Shown here: positions 51,335-64,000 of the stretch, piece after piece
Layout: the number at the start of each line of letters is the position of its first letter
Numbering within the stretch: position 1 is the first letter of the stretch
Assembly: GCF_964204645.1 (NCBI RefSeq)
Contig: NC_134035.1
Location: forward strand, 12,432,451 to 12,496,450
Reading direction: 5' to 3'
From: Tubulanus polymorphus
Lineage: Eukaryota; Animalia; Nemertea
DNA: 64,000 nucleotides
Notes under the pieces: generated by a model
Databases searched by the model: none
Told to the model about the DNA's origin: nothing
What the model saw: the letters and a program-made list of their open reading frames with translations, nothing else
Position numbers and translations under genes: made by a program

Positions 51335-53404
51335 GTAAGTTCTAGTGCAACCCGTTTGTATTTTCGCTATTTGTTGTAGATTAACGTGTGAAAATATCCC
51401 GTTCGTAAACCGTATATTGGACGATGTCAGCTCCTGATATAGCGCGCCCAAATCAGTGATTTAGGATTTTGGCGTTATAGAGAGTATGGTGGTTTATCAG
51501 GGGTTAATTTTGAGTGGTCTACGACAGAATATGAATGTTCCGATCTTAGTAAGACAACCTGGCGTCGACGGGGGAAGGGTATCCCACTGAAACCTGACCG
51601 CTATGGAAACTTACCGGGGACAGGGGAAATTCCACATTATTTTTCAGAAAGATATAGCCACGAAGTTGCTTGATTTAATAGAATCACTTAGTACGGCCCG
51701 GAGTAATTATACGCGCTCAGATCGAAGTAAAATGTGAAGGATTTTTTTGGAAGTCGTTGTCAGATCACACGTAACCAAATGAGAATAAAGGGGTCGCTTA
51801 TATATTATTACTATACTATCTTTCATACTGGATACTCATACTTCAACGTTTTATGGTTTATATGTCGGGTCACCTAAATTTTATTGAAACATCTGTCTCA
51901 GAAAGCTAATTAATTATTAAGTTGCAAGAATTCTCTGGCGTTAAGTTGTAAACGTCCCGCTGTACAATGCAATATATTCCTGATGTCGACAGCAAATAGA
52001 AATACAGGACCATGCCGAGGGCGGGGGCTTCGGGGTAGCAAAGGTACCCCTACAAAGCGTCCTTAAAAAAGTCAGTGTCAAAAAATTTGGGTCAAGGTTT
52101 TTCGAAATTTGGATGCAATTTCCATTTTTTCTTTTGAAAAATGAATAGTAATCAATTCTCAAATAATATACGAAAGGTGAGTGCCCCTTGAAATAAAACT
52201 GCCCCTAAAATAGCTCGGCACGGGCCTGGCGTAGTAGACTATTCATACTTGTATTAACGGAGTTTTGAAACGAATAGAAAATACGGTTGAAACTCTTAAC
52301 ATCTTATTTGAAATAAGAAACTACACCAGGTATTCGACGGGGTTCAAATAGAAAAAAATAAGCCATTTTTACTTTGCGAGTCAAACCAAACAGTATTGTA
52401 TCATAACGCACGATCAAATGAAAAAAATCAATTCAATACTTACTTCACATTATTGACTTCGCTCTTCGGGTGTTTATGTTTCTTGCCGGAAAGTGTTCGC
52501 GAATGTTCTTCAGTCTCCTTGAAATTAGTTCGACGTAATTAAATATTAAACACTTCAGGTAAACAGGTACTTGAAGAACCGCGGGTGTATATTATATACT
52601 ATAGTTCATTAACGTGTCTATCAATGAACGAGAGTCCGCGTTGTAATTATAATATTAATGTATATACCAAACTAAGAATAGGTAGTCGAAAAGTTTCGTT
52701 AAGCTATAAATTATTCAACGTCTCCTTGAGCAATAGTTTATACGACGTTTTAAGGTTTTCAATGATATAATAAGGATATCTTGTATAACTCGTGATTTTC
52801 CTAGAACATTAGAATTCTATGACTATCGAGTACCATTGATAAGAAACTATATCCGAGTTATGACGAAAGATCTATAGAGCATCCTACAATAAATTATGAA
52901 GTCTGAGAATATTTCCTTAAGGTTATAGTTTATTCAACGTTTCAACTTTATCCATAATAGGCATTTTCAGGAATACTGAATTATGAGGTTTTCCTGGAGA
53001 TTACCACTGAGATTACCACTTTGTGGGAACGTTGGAAAATAGTACTACGAGCTCAAGATACATTTCTGACTCCATTGTTTGTCGCTCTAAGCTCTGGATA
53101 TTGTATTAACCGTTTCTGTGTTCGCTTATTGAATACGGAATCGAATATGACTTGAACATTTACAACTTGAAAGTGTCAATAATGCGGAATGCACGAATCC
53201 GTTGCGAAAGAGATACATAATTCACGCGCTGAAAGAATGTGATGAAAGTACAGATCGTGATAATATGGTTTTGATTATCGAAAAAACTTGAGTTGAAGGC
53301 AAACGCTTTAAAAATCGATGTGTACAGACATTCGTAACGTTATCACCGTAATCTCCATTTCTGTTCATCTAGAGGCGTAACATGTGTTCAGAACTTCGAC
53401 ATTT

Positions 53405-53630
53405 CTAACTGCAAACATCAGATATTAGATATTTTATCAGCTCAATTCCAAAAACTGATCATCCACACTTCACATGTGTTCACTACTTCACCGTTGACCT
53501 ACAAACACCAGACATTTAGACATTTTATCAGAACACTTCGAAAAACTGATCACTTCACATGTGTTCAGTACTTCACCTGAGACATTTTTGATTAAAAATG
53601 ATCTACAAACACGAGATATTAGACATCTGG
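53405..53630. repeat. Imperfect ~95-105 bp tandem repeat (2.5 copies)
   Basis: caaaca(t/c)(c/g)aga(t/c)att(t)aga at ~53411, ~53502, ~53605; aaaactgatc...acttcacatgtgttca(c/g)tacttcacc occurs twice. Confidence 0.65.
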
Positions 53631-55813
53631 ATAGCGCACTAACAGGAGGTTGTTGTCTGGACCTCACACTATAAACAGAAGTGAATGTTTGGTGGGTGCG
53701 GGGGTGTTGGGGGTGTTAGGGGTGGTTGGTAGATGGTTCTAGGCAGCATATTGATACCTGAAGGGATATTTCATATATTACATAAGTATATGAGCAAAGA
53801 TGCGTTACGTTTGTTGATTCTAAGATCAAGTTGATGTAATATTATCAATGTACGTACGGTATAGATTGATTAAAGCTCGATAAATAAAATCAATCATCAA
53901 CATTCATGAGCATCTCATCATATACTTATATAAGAGCGTCTTATTACTATTTATCACTTATATACTGTCTTAATCATGATATGACCAGATAGGCGAGCTA
54001 GGTACGAGGACATGAATATAGGCGAATTTATCGAAACGCAATCAGTACCCCAACTGCGCATTATCGACGCATGTACTCGTTTTGAAGTATGGTATTCGGC
54101 ACATCTATCTAAAGGTATACTCGATTTTGGGTACCGTACTTGCCTTACCATGCTCGTGATGAAGGCGCGCCGTGATGAACTCACCGAAGCGAAGGGTGAG
54201 TTCAAGAGCATGGTAAGGCTGAGTATACACGATGAAAGAAAATGCCGGCTACTCATTTGCAAATCGGCCACATTCGTCGCAACGAAAATCAAAACCCTCA
54301 TTTATCCACAAAGGACACACGCAAAATTGAGTACCCTATACTCGTCGAGTACCGTACCCGGAATTAGACACGTTTCGATAAATTCACCTAGACCCAGTTC
54401 GATGCTGATACTGCCGCACATTCATAATTCAGAAAGAAAAACTGTTATCGTCGATTGCGACTTTCATATACTAACTAATATCGACAGATTATCAAAGGCT
54501 TCAGAACAGCGTTGGGATATTATTCTGTATGTATTTTGTATACGTTTTAGCCGTTTTAGCCGCCGTTAAAAACTATATCACTTAAAAACACTTCAACCAC
54601 CATTAAAACTTGAATAGTGAGCAACGGACTGCGTTTAAAAGGCTTTTAAACACATTTTGACAAGAGCGCATATACCATAATGCCAGATATGTGTTAAAAT
54701 ACAACGAAATATATGTTATGAGTTTCGTCGTTAAAACCTGCGCTGCGTGACTAGCAAACGTGCAGCAAAGTATTTTTGTGAATTTTGACCATTGCATTTA
54801 AATGCATTAAATCAACCTTATTTGAAGTTGAAAAGGTCGGATTTATCAGATACGGTTCGAAACATCGTGTCATTTCAATTTTCAATAATTTTCAATCTTA
54901 GTTTGATTAAATATTGTATTTACCTTTTCCATTTGTGTGCAGGGGGTTTTATGGAATATCAAATCACACAGAATTTATCATTATTTTGTTAAAATAAGAT
55001 GATGTAGCTACGCACATATGAAGTGACATTTTGAGGAGATAAGACCAGGAGGTTAAAGAGGTGCGCGGGACATCGATTAGTTGCGTTTTGGAGTTTTTGA
55101 ATAAGATGTCAAATAAGCGAACTATGTGAACATCTCTACTATTACTGTTCAGATTATGTATTGATGCGTAAATAATCCTTAAATTCAACAACCGACAGAA
55201 AATATCACGAAGAGACGCTGCCATCCACAGATACAGTAAGATAGTAACCTCTCAAGAGTGGACAGTCGTGTTCCAATTACGTATGTAGCGTCCTAGGAGA
55301 TTGCATCCAATTTCTGACGATTCCCTGTGAACATGGACACACGTTAACTTTCATTCATGTCGAATAATCTACCTGACAGACAGCGTCCAAACATTCTTTA
55401 TCATCAATGCAGCCGATGCGTTATGTGTTTCTTATATCTCAATAATTCTAACGGCCTGTCAGTGACGGCCAATCATCAAATCTTACTCGCATTCCAGTCG
55501 AATGCATGCTTGCTGATAAGGGCCTTTCTGAGGGTGGTTTTGTTCTGAGCAAATAAAACCTTTTAACAGTACGCTAAATCGACTTCAATTACAGATGAAC
55601 TGACCGGTACAAACCTGGTCGGTTTCCTCCCTATCCTACCCCGGCAGGAATTCAAACCTGATGCCATCAGGTTCGAATCCCTGTCGAGGGGGATGCACAG
55701 TCATAGCATCCTTATTTTGAATCAATTTAAGTTCATTAGAATTCATAGTTTTTTCTTAAACTAAAGATATAAAATCTAATGTAGATAGAAATAATTATAA
55801 CAACTTAGTCTCT

Positions 55814-56138
55814 TCACGATTGATAGAACACTATATCCGTGTTGACGCGATGTAGAGAGAATCCCACAATTATAACGAAAAAGTCCGAAAATGAAACTTC
55901 GAGATAGTAGTTTATTTCAACGTTTCGACTATATCCTAATAGTCACCTTCAGGAATAATCTTCATTATTCCTGAAGATGACTATTAGGATATAATCGAAA
56001 CGTTGAATAAACTACACTAGCTCAAGGAATACAGTATTCCTGAAGATGACTATTAGGATATAGTCGAAACGTTGAAATAAACTACTATCTCGAAGTTTCA
56101 TTTTCGGACTTTTTCGTTATAATTGTGGGATTCTCTCT
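55814..56138 (+). mobile_element. Palindromic Penelope-like insertion (family B) with two tandem sense and one antisense hammerhead motifs
   Basis: 14-bp TSD acaacttagtctct at 55800-55813 and 56139-56152; ~100-bp inverted arms. Hammerhead motifs at 55966-56009 and 56035-56079 (+); antisense copy at ~55916-55957 with CTGAAGG. Confidence 0.8.
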
Positions 56139-58044
56139 ACAACTTAGTCTCTAGCGCTGCATTGAATCAAAATCAGTTAATTCTAAATGTTCAAAGTGAA
56201 ATTGGTAACCGATTACTGTAGATGGAACTGACTGTTAACAGAGTTTTAGCGGAGTACTCATTCTATCAGACTCTGCCGTTGTTTCTGTGTTAGAAGCATT
56301 GTACACGAATACGTATGAATATCCCAGGTGCGATCAAGCTTTGCCTTGTATCGCGTTTTGTTTTACGCGCTATTGAAGAATTCGTTTTTTATTTACTTGA
56401 CTGAATTCAGCATATGGGCGACAACTTCTCGACATATTCGAGTTTCATAGCTTCCGATATGTACACGAACGAGCACTATGGACGCTGTTCCGTAGCTGTC
56501 AGAGTTACATTTGACTACATCTGGACGGAAAGGACTTCACTTCGAACATTAGATGCCATTGCTCTGGTACAGGTTCCGGAATTTATCGAGAAATGTAATA
56601 ATGTTAATAATCCCACAATCACAAAGCCGCAAAGCTTGAATTAAATATGTATTTGACTGAAGATTAATCGTACCCACGTACGTACTCTTACCTGGAATGG
56701 AAATAAACTAGTTCAATCTAGATGTTTTGGAATAGCAATGCGACCGGTTACTCTAAAGCTGCACTCACACGGGGACGATTTTGCCCGGGGTCAAATCCGC
56801 ACGGATCAGGCCTGAGTCTTAACTAAAACCCGTGCCTAAACAATGCTTAAACAAAGCGGAGTCATTTCCGGAACCGGTTAAAATCCACACAATAATTCGA
56901 CCCGTGCTAAAATTTGGCTCGGGCCTAGTCCGACTCTTTTTGTGGGCCCCGACTTTGCCTGATTGACCCGGGCCCATTTGGCACCCGGTTGTTCCAAGAT
57001 TTGACTCTAAACAGATTTAGTTGGCCACATGCATCTAATTCGATGAACGTTTCAAAATAAATATTAGAATTTCCGGAATATTAGGAAATTATTTCGATTT
57101 ATTTGCAATTGAAATTAATGTGTTTAAATGTATTCATTTGCACGCGTTGAAAATTAAACGGCTTCCCGTGTTGAAAACGGCTGCGTGTAATTGATGTGAA
57201 AATGCGGATGAAAGCAAACGAGTTGAGGTTTTAATTAGCTCTGAGTAATCAGTCAGTCAGTCAGCAGCCACGGGACTAATTGAATTTCCTAAAGCCGCAG
57301 ATGTCACGTGTACACGATTACCGCGTATATATACACAGCTATCAAACAATAGTTACAATTTCTATAGTCGTAAAAAATCCATAACGACAGAGATTCGAAC
57401 GCGCGTCATTTTTGTGTCAAGAATTTACACATTGAACTCTAATTACAGATATTTCAATATTTCATCGCGTTACAGTTATATCGAAGAATCCCACACTATA
57501 AGAATGAAAGTAAAGCCCGAAATGATTCCTGGGTTTTAGAAATGTGCTATTAGGATACGGTCGTAACGTCAAAATAAGCTTCTAGGTCAAGGGGACATTT
57601 CTGACGCGGCGCACTCATTCGTGCGATCGTAACTTTTCGATTAGATGAACATTGGACGTGGTCTCGTTCGTGCTCTAAGTCTACGAGATTTCAATTAGCT
57701 GATTGAAACACCTGTAGTATACTATTAACGAGTCGCTATGTACCGAGACATCTCCGTTTAAACAACTGACATGTCGTAAAAATTCCATTAAACAAGTGTC
57801 AAATGGAGCTTCGCACTAAAACGGCTTCACTGTTACGCATATAGGACAAGCTGCATAACCATTGGCCAAGCGGACTAGTTCTACTGGTCTGGGGCGGGCG
57901 CAGGGAAACCCTGTTAGCCTAACCGCGGTTAGTGGCTTATCCGTGGTTAGGCTAACCAGATTGAAATAAGAGGCCGCACGAAGACAATGGTTAGCTAACA
58001 GCGTTTTCCTGCGCCCCATATATGCCTAACCACGGTGTACTAAC

Positions 58045-58112
58045 CACGGTTGCTGGTTAGCGCGCTTGCTCTCTGCGTGCAAGGCCCGGCTTCGATCCCC
58101 GGTGAGTGCGCG
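58045..58112 (+). mobile_element. tRNA-derived SINE-like fragment
   Basis: tggttagcgcg A-box-like and ccggcttcgatccccgg T-arm-like hairpin; no proper acceptor stem or anticodon arm. Confidence 0.4.
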
Positions 58113-61100
58113 TAATTTCGCTGTCATTTCTCTTCGTCGTCCCATCATTAGATATTCAGTTTGTTACCGCTTATGTATCTTGACCATTTTTTTTAAAACA
58201 AAGTAGCTAAACGTTTCAGTGTGAATTGACCGGATTGTTGTCGAATCAAGGTTAGGGATACCGGCGACGCTACTGCGGCAAGCGAGGATTCCACCAGGAT
58301 CGCCAGTGGTACTGGTTTATACCGCGCTTCTATTCGGGTTTCACTACATCGTATCACTCGTAACCATCCTTTGATGGCTAGGTCTAGTTCCAATAAGCAA
58401 AAATAGTTCCTTCAATTGCCTCTTAAATCTAAGCCAACTTTTCTCATAGGGAAATCAATTTCTAGTGAAATCTTGATCATACACTGACTTTGCCATACAA
58501 AGACAGTTTAATTGACAATTTTCAAATTTCGATACCTAGAAATCAAGTTCAAATTTCACGGAAAATGAACATATTTTCACTACAGTGTTTTGTTGCGCTT
58601 TCTGAAATTCTGTATATTTGTAGTTTGTTGAACATCAACATTATGTTCAGAAAAACTTGTTCATCCTTTGTAAATATTGTGTTTCGCGGTGTAATGTAAA
58701 CTTTACATCAAAATCTGTTTTTGCCCTGCGCAACATCGAATGAAAACTTTAAAAAGTGAAACAGCGTTGATCGAACAGGTGAAATTTCATGCTTATTCTA
58801 TGAATATCATCGTATCGTTGTAAAACACTAATTTACTAAATTGAAACGAACAAATCCAGCTGTTTACATATCGACGTCACATTATGTCACGTGACGATGG
58901 TTTAATCCGAACCGATCGAGTATCGTTAGTACACAAATATAAATCAAAGCCTTTCTACTCGATACACAGCGTGATACTGGACGGCTATCTTTATTGTAAG
59001 TCATTTTCTGGCTGGAATAATTTCCGACTAACGACTGCTGACCGCCGTCAGATGAGATACACTCAGTCGCTTTATAGCCAGCTATCGTTGATAGCATATT
59101 GCACGCTGAATAATGCGCTAACACTAAATACATCACCCTTAGGGAAGCCGGGTCCGGGTCGATGAAGGTCGAGGGTGATTAGCATTCGAAAAAGGGCTGG
59201 CACCTTTCACGACCTGTTTATATGAATCCATATAGGATTATAGATATCCCGCAAATTGACTAAAAGTTTATTAGAAAGATATCTCAAATATTTCGGGCTG
59301 TCACTATATACCCCTACATTCTAATACGCAGTTGATGTTAGTTATGTATAGGATCTTCATTTAAACAAAAGGTTATTGGTCTTACTTGTATTATTTGTTC
59401 ACATAAACCGTCAACTTTACTTTTGAGTCAAACTCTTCGAGTGACGTCACGGGCCCGTCTCACTAAATGGCGTACAGTTTCATCGGTTATATGGCAACAA
59501 CTAGTGGAACTTTAGGAGGTTGTGAAACGGTCCCCGTGTCTGGATGAGGAAAAATTCGGTTCCTCTCAAGCAATACGTTTGATGGCAATTTATGCCCGCT
59601 GGCGGCGCTGGTCGAATCTAACGGTTCTCCAGAAACAGGCGCACATTTATGACAGATTGGTTTGAGAGTGGACGTTGAGAGAAAGTCATCTGCGACGCAC
59701 ACGTATCTGTTGTTTTCAGCGGGATTATCTGAAATCTAGCTGTAATTGCCAGGCGATCATCATCAACAGATACAAATTCCACATCTCGTTAACAGTCCAC
59801 CCACATCCACTTTACACCGCCACAACAAACCCTATCTACCTCGATTAATAATACGATGTCTAATCGCCTCATTTCGGGACGGTTTTTATCTTGTCTTCGG
59901 AATTCAGTCAAGGAGCGACAATATCCATTGCATAACTGTGCTGGTTCATAACTGGTGTTTGCGGTTCATTTTCAATGAATAGAGTCCTAGGCAAACTTTT
60001 CGAAAATGTCCTGATAAAATGTCTAATAGCTGGTGTTTGTTGTTAATTTTCAATTAAAAATGTCTCAGGCGAAGTTCTGAACACATATGAAGTGTGGACG
60101 ATCATCAACTGGAAGTTGTATAAGATAAAGTATGTGACGCTTGAGATGCAAGGTCAAGATAGCAAAATAATGATACTTGTATATTAAAATCCTCTTGAAT
60201 TTTAGCAAATATTGCGTCATCTCTGTATAATGACAATGGTCAGTAAATCTATAGCTGCGATACTCATTCGATACACAATGCTATAAACACAGCGGAATGA
60301 GTCTCCGGAACCAGTTGCAATTCACACGCAATCATTTGACCCGTGCTAAAATTTCGGCTCGGGTATGGTCCGACGTTTCCTTGGCCCGGATCAAACGGGC
60401 ACGGGCCCACTTGGCACCTGTGTGAACAGTAATCCGGGCCAAATTTAGCTTGGGCCAAAAATACTCGAGTGATCGTGGCTTTTATAGATGGCAACGATAC
60501 TAACAGGACACATTCCTATCATGTACCCGCTTACGTGCTTGCACCATCGTATTTCAAGATGACGATTCTGATGGCTAAGTCTTCCTTCGTGATGTAGCAA
60601 TCTATTTTCTGTACACATTCAGCTATACTCAGACCGTACAGACATATGTAACGTGTAACGTATCAATCATATATACATGCGAGTGCCATTTTATTTCTGA
60701 CTGTCATTGAAAAATAATTTCTCTGTGGAACTGAGGAGACCGTATTTCAAGTGGTTTCGTATTGTACCGCACACAATCTATCGAGTGAATTACTCCTAGA
60801 ATATGTATATTACATTGGTTCATCGCTTCGTTAAAATTATAAATTAGCATTTAGATTTAGCATATTACAGTATAGTCGAAACGTTGAATGAAATACTAAC
60901 TCAAGAAAACATTTCGAACTGAATGTTTTTCATTACTGTTATGGGATTATCGTCACAGCACGGACAGAGTACTGTCATCAGTGGTTATCATATCATATCT
61001 TATTCAAGCAACACGGTCATTAATGTTTTGTGAGTGACTTTCTGAAAATGTATGATAGATAGAACCAAGTCTTAATCCCTATGTCCCCAAAAACTGATAA

Positions 61101-62610
61101 ATTAACAGTTAAATACAGTAAGAATTTCTTAATATTACTGAAAGTCTAAACCTATTCGGATGAGGGATCAGTTTCTGTACCCCCGTCTTACTTCCATTTT
61201 ATGATTACCCTTGTTGTTGATGTTTGGTTGTTAAGTGTTATTTAAATCATATCGAATTCTCGTGATGAATCGTTAATTTCCGTGACTGTAACGACGATTA
61301 GAGGCAACCGAGTGCTGGCTTTATTTCGCCGCCGATTTCACCGAAGATCGACTCTATTCATGCAAAACTCACATCAGCTGACATGTTCTTGACACGATAA
61401 AATTATCGAAAACGGATTAAATATGGGGGAAAATATATGTTTAGAGTGTTTCATCTTGATTTCACTAAATCATACGACAACATGATCGTAAAATATGCCG
61501 CGGTGCTTGATATCCATGGCTGCGACTGACTGCACGGCGTGTATAGTCAAGTCGTATCTTGTAAAAAAGATATATTGAAAGTAGAATATCGGTATGAATG
61601 TCCGGTAAGAGATATAACCTCATTCAATTATATTACTAAAAAGCAAATTCTGGCATAACGTGAACCTGCTTCAATTTGGGTGCCTGCTTCAGCGGCCTTT
61701 TATAATGGGTTTGAAAGAGCTGGAATAGCGCGCTCCAATATTTGTAATTTGTCTGTTTTCTCGGTTTTAAATTGTTTATTTTTCTCTTGATTATGTTGTT
61801 CCACTTAAACGTGAAGTAATATACTGAATTGAATTGAATTGAATTGTGAATAAGGTCTATAGAGTACTGCGCGATGCCGTCTTCAATTTCAAGTGATCGA
61901 AGGAAATGAATTCTTTTGAATGTCTGAATCAAATCTCCCCACTGCTCTCCATAACTGCTGCACTCAGCCGGTCTCCTGACGCCGGGAAAATAATATTTCC
62001 ATAAAATACTGTGGTGCGCCAATAATAAGCGAATCATTCGCAGTCGGTTAGGTCAATATCTGCGAGTAAAATTTCTATATTCAACCAATATTTCGACGTG
62101 TAAACTGAACCGCGCAAGATGACACGTCAATATTAGTCGCCGTAAATTGACTGTAAGATGACGATACTCACAATATAAAAACTACCATTCAGACGTATTA
62201 CGTCACCATCAACGGTGTTATTTCAAAATGATGTACCATTTGGTTTCCGTAGACAAGTTTCCATAGACAAACAATTAAATTGATAAAAACCCATAATTAT
62301 GAAGAAAAACAAAGAGTTTATTGACGTTTCAACTAAATTCTATGAGCTGCTTCAGGGATTCGGGAGTCAGAACATTGAATAAACTACTACCCTTAGAAAA
62401 AAAGATTCGGACTTAAGTATTTTTGTTCTAAATTGTGAAATGTGAATTTATTTTCGTAAACCGGTTACGAGGTATCCAGTGCAAGCCAACAGGCTGTACA
62501 TAAAATTAAGGCGCTGGAACCTTGTGCAGAGTGCAGGGGAATGTGCAGTGATACTTATATAAATAATGCTATTAATAACCTTAATGCTTACAATAATAAT
62601 TATGCTAATC

Positions 62611-63235
<625 letters not shown>

Positions 63236-64000
63236 ATAATACTAAAAAAAATTCTAATAATGATGATGACAACAATAACTTATACAAATACAAATACAAT
63301 GATAATCATAATTACGGCAATATACTATAACCATTTATATTTCAGTAATTTAGGTAAAGATACTCATAATGATAATTGAAGTTTGTTTAGTGTGACATTT
63401 TCTAGATCATCTTCACAACACGGATTCAGAGTTTGTCATCAGTGGTTATCCCTTTCTAAGTGGTGTATGATGTCAATCGGAACTTTGTGGTGTTCTCTAT
63501 ATTTTCTCATTTTCTATAATGCGCCGCGCGAATAAATCAAGCCGTCCTCGTGCGTTCGTATAGCAAGCATACTGTAAGATCAGATAAACGACGAAAACTC
63601 TATGAAATCATTTATAGATAAGCAACAAACCTAATACATTATCCACTTTCTTTGATCTAAAACTTATGAGATGAAAATAACACGAATATACGCCGAGTCG
63701 GATGTTTGATGTATTTTTCTTGCTCAGTCGTTTTTACATCACTTTCGCATCTTGACTTCCATGAGAAAAAAATCATCGTAAAAACAACAATTTTTATAAT
63801 CATCATTCAAACGCGAGCTTTATAATGGAAAAGCTTCGCCTAGGATGTTGAGTTTTAACTAGTGAAACCATGTTTATAGATTTAAGCGGAAGGAGATCTT
63901 TTGAATTTTTAGAATTATAACTAGATAAAGAAGCTTTATTTTGGATAAGATCGCCTTGTGTTCCGTGTCAGTTTTTTTCTAGTCAAGTCAGAAACCACTT

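Noticed and set aside
53954-54569. 185-aa + ORF and overlapping 115-aa - ORF
   Set aside because: No recognisable motif, no convincing splice partners, repeat-like gtaccgtac content.
58045-58112. Functional tRNA gene
   Set aside because: Only A/B-box-like pieces with no full cloverleaf; treated as SINE-derived (likewise 10540-10604 and ~55668-55690).

Overview
AT-rich, intron-containing animal genomic DNA, probably from a non-arthropod invertebrate such as a lophotrochozoan (inferred, not proven). From left to right: (1) the 3' seven exons of a type-B LGR (bursicon receptor/rickets-like GPCR) on +; (2) a convergent 8-exon CYP2-clan cytochrome P450 on -; (3) a 9-exon CNBD2-like cyclic-nucleotide-binding protein on +; (4) the main finding, a ~27 kb tandem array (22354-49658, +) of six paralogous 5-exon genes. 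Each encodes a ~250-270 aa secreted protein made of a signal peptide, two Cys-rich modules with resistin/PCSK9-C-terminal-like spacing, and a C-terminal PAN/apple-like domain. Copies 2, 3, 5 and 6 are intact. Copy 1 has an in-frame TGA exactly at a conserved Cys codon, copy 4 is a mosaic with a +1 frameshift, and there is an orphan decayed PAN exon. An intronless peptide/chemoreceptor-like GPCR lies antisense inside the array. Scattered through the window are short palindromic Penelope-like insertions with 10-14 bp target-site duplications and minimal type-I hammerhead ribozyme motifs, plus MITEs, tRNA-derived SINE fragments, minisatellites and a long (AAT)/(GAT) microsatellite. Exon models were assembled by hand from GT-AG boundaries and phase consistency. 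Domain names come from motif recognition, not database searches.
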